DNA of 64,000 nucleotides from IMG/VR virus record IMGVR_UViG_3300009508_000011, positions 124,001 to 188,000 of that record; one strand, 5' to 3'. Shown piece by piece: positions 59,713 to 64,000 of this stretch (position 1 is its first letter; each line of letters starts with the position of its first letter). The notes under the pieces were generated by a model. It saw only the letters and a program-made list of their open reading frames with translations, ran no database searches and was not told where the DNA came from. The position numbers and the translations under genes were made by a program.

Positions 59713-60072
59713 ATGATTATTTTGGACATCATTACGTCTACCGAGAGTGGACGTAACAACTTTATACCTGAAGAGGGACAGTTCCTAGTCTGTACCGATT
59801 CTGAGAAGTTGTATCTAGGTGATGGCATAGCCGTGGGTGGAATACCAACCACTAAAAAAGCGGTTAGATTAGGTGTAGGTCTCGATGAGTTAGGACTCAA
59901 AGAAACCATGGAATCACACTACGTCATAGCCATTCCTGAAGAAAAACGTACTGATGAAACAGAAGGCAGTATGTTCCTTGTAACCGATGAGAGTCAAGAA
60001 CCTATGTTCGGCTCCGCAAAAGAACCGAATGCTGACGATTATCTCGTTGGTGATATCGTGTTCGTATACTAA
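59713..60072 (+). CDS. Short fibre-anchor/adaptor protein (Mtd_N-like)
   Basis: GQFLVCTDSEKLYLGDG matches the N-terminus of 57724. Ends in EP.....VGDIVFVY. GGAG RBS. Confidence 0.6.
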   Translation: MIILDIITSTESGRNNFIPEEGQFLVCTDSEKLYLGDGIAVGGIPTTKKAVRLGVGLDELGLKETMESHYVIAIPEEKRTDETEGSMFLVTDESQEPMFGSAKEPNADDYLVGDIVFVY

Positions 60073-60086
60073 GTGGGGAGTTGATA

Positions 60087-63000
60087 ATGTCACAGTTAGA
60101 TGTTTTAATGCGCGACCAGCATTCCCTACTGCGTGTACGCAAGATAATGCAGAAGCAAACAGACGGTGCGTGGAATACCATGTACTCTCTAAGTAACGAT
60201 GCTGAAGTTTCTACTGCATGGGAAACTGGTGTGCAAACCCAGACCCAATGGGATTCTATTTTCACCACTAGTCACAGCACAATCAGTGCGTTTGATACTG
60301 ACGTTGTTACTAGTAAACAAACAGGCACGGCTTGGATTACTGACCGAACTACCGACGCTTCTAGAATAACTGCTGCTTCTACTCAAACAGAGTGGACTAC
60401 CAGTCGTATTACAGAACACGCTACTTCTCAGGATACCCAAACCAACTGGAACATTCAGACGACAACTTCTTTTGTTACTGACCAAACCACACAAACCGAT
60501 TGGACGTCTAATCGTCAAACTGACTATAGCTATTCTAAGTCAACTACGACCAATTGGACTACTGTTGTGGATACAACTTTAACTACCAATAGAAGTACAA
60601 CGACTCAATGGACGACGTCTCACTCGTCAGCTACTATGTGGACTACAAGTCACAGTACTGATTATAATACGTCACATACTACTACTACCTCATGGAATAC
60701 CAGTCAGGCTACCAACAAGTCAACTACGACCCAATGGACTACTGCCCGCGATACAAGTAATAGTACTTCCAAGTCTACCAATACGGTATGGACAACTGGA
60801 CACGCAACGACTAGAACCACTACGGTTAATAAAAATACCGCAGGTACTACGTCACGCAGTACTAGTAGGTCTACCTCGACTGCGTTCAATACGTCAGTAA
60901 CAACTAGTCACAGTACTACAACTCTGTGGGGCACTGCTGTAACAACAACGTTCAGTACTAGTAGGTCCACGAGTACTAGTTATGGAACATCGTATAATAC
61001 AAGTAGAAGTACAGCTACCAGTTTCAATACTTCACACAGTACGACAAAGACCGCATCTAGAAGCACAACAACTTCTTACAATACTACCTGGGGAACTTCT
61101 CACGGTACGTCTAAGTCTACTTCGTATAGTGCAAGTACTAGTTGGACTACTTCGCATGGAACGTCTAGAAATACCTCTTATAGTGCTACTACTACTTGGA
61201 GTACTGCTAAATCAAAGACAACGTCTAGGTCTACGACAAAGTCAAAGACAACGTCTAGGTCTACGACCAAAGCAGCTAGTAGAACCACCACATGGACAAC
61301 TAACTATTGGACATTTTGGGGTGAGGATTGGGATGGTGCTGGTGGTTCAAGTAGACAGACAAGTAGAAGTACTTCTGGTACTACTTCCTGGAATTACTCT
61401 GCAACAACTAGTTTCAGTACTAGTTACGCTGCCAATACGTCGTATACAACCTCGTATTCAGCTAATACTAGTAGGTCTACGACCAAGTCTCGCTCTACTT
61501 CTTTAACAACTAGTTATAGCACTAGTAGGTCTACGACCAAGGCACGTACTACTAGCTACACTACTAGTTACAATACGTCTAAGTCTACGTCTAAATCTAC
61601 TAACACTTCTTGGGGTTACTCTGCCAATACTACGTATGGTACATCCAAGAATACTGTAACTACTTTTGGTACTTCCCACACCACTTCCAAGAGTACAAAT
61701 ACTTCTTGGAATACGTCACGTGGTACTACTAGAAACACGTCTAGAACCACAAGTACTGCGTATGGAACTACGTGGGTAACGTCTAAGAGTACTAACACTA
61801 CTTATAACACGACTTACGCCACAACTAAAGTTACTACGTCTAGTTGGTCAACTGGGTACACTACTAACTATGCCACTAACAAGTCAACTACGACTACGTG
61901 GACTACGACGAAGAGTACCAACGTGGTGACTGGTAAGTCAACAGATACTACATGGACAACATCGTGGGGTACGTCTAAATCCACTACGACTACTTACGCA
62001 ACTGCTAAGGATACTAATTACCAAACATCGTTCGGTACATTAACTAGTTATACGACTTCCAAGTCTACTACTACCTCCTTTACAACAGTTCGTGAGACTA
62101 ACAGAACCACAAGTCAGGCAACTAACACTGCTTGGTCGGTAAGTTCTACCACTAGTGTTGCAATGAGTACCTCGACCACCACGTCTTGGGACACAAGCAA
62201 GTCTACCTCTGAAGCTAGAAGTGGGACAACCACAACTGCATGGACTACATCGTATAGTACTAACGTGCAAACAACTATCATGACTACAACAAACTGGATG
62301 ACTTCATTCCAGCGTCAGACTGATATTGATGCAGGTAAGACAACTACAACAAACTGGGTCACTCAAGTGGCAACAACCACAAGTTGGACTACGTCTTATA
62401 GTACCGGTGTATCAACGGTTAAGTTTACCAATTCAAATTGGACGACTTCGGCCAATACCACTAAAGAGGTTGGTGAACTTACTACGTCGGCAACGACTAC
62501 GTGGACAACCATGCGTAATACCCAAAGTGTGTTCAATACCGCAGGTGATGCTTCTGTGGCTACGGATACTTCTTGGACTACCGCTAAATCTACGTTAACT
62601 GTTTGGTCAACGAATACTTCAGCGACTACTCAAACAACGTGGTCAACTGATGGTACCATGACCACTAGCGTTGAAATAACTTGGAATACTACCGAATCTC
62701 GTAATACAGATTTGGGTGCCGGTACTATGATTAGTACTGACTTCTTAGTTAGCACAAGTCGTTATAGTGACAGACAAACTGATGGCTCGTTCAATACTTC
62801 CGTATCCACTGCAACTGCATGGGCTACTGATACAGTTAAGTCAACGACAACATCGTGGCAAACTACTATATCAACCACCACTACGGTAGCTGGTAATGTA
62901 CAAACTACGACTACGTGGACTACGTCTTACAGCACAACTGCTGATGTTACGTATACTACAAATGCTGACTACACTACCCAGTGGACTACTGCTAGACAGA

Positions 63001-63158
63001 CAGATGTATTACATGCTACGTCGGTTCTAACATCGACTTCTTGGAATACTACTGATTACTACGGTGCAGAGCGTACTACATCACAAGTTGCCTCAACAGC
63101 TTGGATAACTGGTGAAGAACGTCAAACAACGTGGGTTACTAGTCGAACTACTTCTTAA
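60087..63158 (+). CDS. Thr/Ser-rich giant beta-hairpin fibre protein (putative virion fibre/adhesin)
   Basis: ATG 60087 after GGGGAG. Alternating Thr pattern and a self-complementary register (see findings). Fibre role inferred from gene context. Confidence 0.75.
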   Translation: MSQLDVLMRDQHSLLRVRKIMQKQTDGAWNTMYSLSNDAEVSTAWETGVQTQTQWDSIFTTSHSTISAFDTDVVTSKQTGTAWITDRTTDASRITAASTQTEWTTSRITEHATSQDTQTNWNIQTTTSFVTDQTTQTDWTSNRQTDYSYSKSTTTNWTTVVDTTLTTNRSTTTQWTTSHSSATMWTTSHSTDYNTSHTTTTSWNTSQATNKSTTTQWTTARDTSNSTSKSTNTVWTTGHATTRTTTVNKNTAGTTSRSTSRSTSTAFNTSVTTSHSTTTLWGTAVTTTFSTSRSTSTSYGTSYNTSRSTATSFNTSHSTTKTASRSTTTSYNTTWGTSHGTSKSTSYSASTSWTTSHGTSRNTSYSATTTWSTAKSKTTSRSTTKSKTTSRSTTKAASRTTTWTTNYWTFWGEDWDGAGGSSRQTSRSTSGTTSWNYSATTSFSTSYAANTSYTTSYSANTSRSTTKSRSTSLTTSYSTSRSTTKARTTSYTTSYNTSKSTSKSTNTSWGYSANTTYGTSKNTVTTFGTSHTTSKSTNTSWNTSRGTTRNTSRTTSTAYGTTWVTSKSTNTTYNTTYATTKVTTSSWSTGYTTNYATNKSTTTTWTTTKSTNVVTGKSTDTTWTTSWGTSKSTTTTYATAKDTNYQTSFGTLTSYTTSKSTTTSFTTVRETNRTTSQATNTAWSVSSTTSVAMSTSTTTSWDTSKSTSEARSGTTTTAWTTSYSTNVQTTIMTTTNWMTSFQRQTDIDAGKTTTTNWVTQVATTTSWTTSYSTGVSTVKFTNSNWTTSANTTKEVGELTTSATTTWTTMRNTQSVFNTAGDASVATDTSWTTAKSTLTVWSTNTSATTQTTWSTDGTMTTSVEITWNTTESRNTDLGAGTMISTDFLVSTSRYSDRQTDGSFNTSVSTATAWATDTVKSTTTSWQTTISTTTTVAGNVQTTTTWTTSYSTTADVTYTTNADYTTQWTTARQTDVLHATSVLTSTSWNTTDYYGAERTTSQVASTAWITGEERQTTWVTSRTTS
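61212..61267 (+). repeat. 26-nt exact direct repeat, 30-nt period
   Basis: TCAAAGACAACGTCTAGGTCTACGAC at 61212-61237 and 61242-61267. Confidence 0.9.
61467..61541 (+). repeat. 21-nt exact direct repeat, 54-nt period
   Basis: ACTAGTAGGTCTACGACCAAG at 61467-61487 and 61521-61541. Confidence 0.9.
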
Positions 63159-63166
63159 TCTAAAAT

Positions 63167-63186
63167 GGGGTTGTTTATTCAACCCC
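63167..63186 (+). terminator. Hairpin (weak terminator or processing site) after the fibre gene
   Basis: GGGGTTG-TTTATT-CAACCCC with only a short T-run after it. Confidence 0.45.
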
Positions 63187-63198
63187 TTCGTTTAAAGG

Positions 63199-63975
63199 AT
63201 GGTTAAATTGAATGACGTGACAAATAACCGTGCCTCTGTCTTCAGTCAAGTTTGCGGAAAGAGAGGTATTGAATTATCAACTTCCCACAGAGTAAATACT
63301 GGAGTATACGGTAAAGGCAAAGATTTGATTTATGGGGAACTACTAGGTGGGGTGATACTATTACCTAAGTCTCTAGGCCTTCGTATTAGAACTTTGAATG
63401 AGGTTATGGACAATAGGGAACACGATGATTTCATCAAAGACCTTATTCCGGTACATCAAGAAACAACTAACAATGCCAAGGTTGTTGTTCTACCGGAACG
63501 TTTTGTCTTGGAAATGACCCCTAAGTGTTGTAATCAAATAGTTGATTGGGCTGCTGGTGAACCATGTTTCGTTATACCTATGGGGGATACCCCTCCTGAA
63601 CTAATTGCAGGACTCCATAAGACAGGTGACAATTTTACTATACTATCAACAAATACTGATAGACATGCCCTAATGGTTAGGTCCAAGGAAGCTATGTTCA
63701 GTACAGTAGACGCATTGGGTATTGTGGCTGTTTGGTACAATAAACCTTTCTCTTTTTTGAAAGAAGGTGGTAAACATGACTTTGGTCCGTTTAGACTAAT
63801 AAATATTTTATTAGCTAATGACCTAACCAATAGACGTATACGTCTAAACAATTTACTTAATTCGGAACTTGGTGGGTTTTTTTTACCAACAAAAAATGGT
63901 ATTAATGAACTTAACAAATTCCTAGATTATTACGAGGATAGACATGGAAAATTTACCAATACACATCGCACTTAA
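63199..63975 (+). CDS. Hypothetical protein, possibly GT-B glycosyltransferase-like
   Basis: 258 aa. ALMVRSKEAMFSTVDALGIVAVWYNKPF resembles the 'll..a..v.t.sSt.glEA...gKPv' motif of GT-B/KpsS-like C-terminal domains. Confidence 0.4.
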   Translation: MVKLNDVTNNRASVFSQVCGKRGIELSTSHRVNTGVYGKGKDLIYGELLGGVILLPKSLGLRIRTLNEVMDNREHDDFIKDLIPVHQETTNNAKVVVLPERFVLEMTPKCCNQIVDWAAGEPCFVIPMGDTPPELIAGLHKTGDNFTILSTNTDRHALMVRSKEAMFSTVDALGIVAVWYNKPFSFLKEGGKHDFGPFRLINILLANDLTNRRIRLNNLLNSELGGFFLPTKNGINELNKFLDYYEDRHGKFTNTHRT

Positions 63976-64000
63976 CATGACTAGTGCATGTAACATGGAT

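Noticed and set aside
60060-60090. Possible readthrough or frameshift fusing the 119-aa anchor to the fibre
   Set aside because: The frames differ, there is no slippery heptamer, further stops follow in the anchor's frame, and the fibre has its own GGGGAG RBS.
60800-61900. Recurring ACTAGTAGGTC(T/C)AC-type DNA repeats as a possible CRISPR or DGR array
   Set aside because: They are in-frame codons for TSRST motifs with irregular spacing, no spacer structure, and no cas or reverse transcriptase gene in the window.
60189-62598. Alternative-frame and antisense ORFs inside the fibre gene (e.g. 60982-61506 +, 60189-60518 -, 62326-62598 +)
   Set aside because: By-products of ACN/AGT/TCN codon repetition giving Leu/Val/Arg-rich translations, with no RBS support.
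60087-63158. Ice-binding or ice-nucleation protein, suggested by the TxT pattern
   Set aside because: Those proteins are parallel beta-solenoids with fixed short repeat periods. Here the periodicity is irregular and is better explained by mirror-symmetric antiparallel pairing. Not excluded experimentally.

Overview
This window is a 64-kb segment of a phiKZ-like (Chimalliviridae-type) jumbo myophage, probably with a gammaproteobacterial host (inferred from a cellular-type thioredoxin and ~40% GC). Recognisable core genes are: tail sheath and tube, the prohead protease, three virion RNA polymerase subunits (large beta, beta' with DFDGD, C-terminal beta piece), the gp181-like giant tail protein, a gp182-like baseplate protein, UvsX/RecA, RNase H, SbcC, a probable central spike, tail-fibre genes and a spanin pair. 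Accessory blocks of early genes lie between them. No tRNA, rRNA, CRISPR array or mobile element was found. phiKZ gp assignments come from recalled motifs and synteny, not from database searches. The standout observation is the Thr/Ser-rich protein at 60087-63158. Its sequence is a self-complementary 'protein palindrome': residues i and 838-i match in one gap-free register over ~370 pairs. About 50 of these pairs are aromatic:basic, all 11 His face a Tyr, and tandem duplications are mirrored in both arms. This implies one giant beta-hairpin fibre, encoded between a short fibre-anchor gene and a glycosyltransferase-like gene. Other leads are a ~0.5-kb candidate structured ncRNA, a catalytically dead M23 domain in the tail protein, a divergent Tad2/DUF2829-like sponge fusion, a CNF1-like LSGC deamidase motif, and recurrent promoter and terminator-linked motifs.
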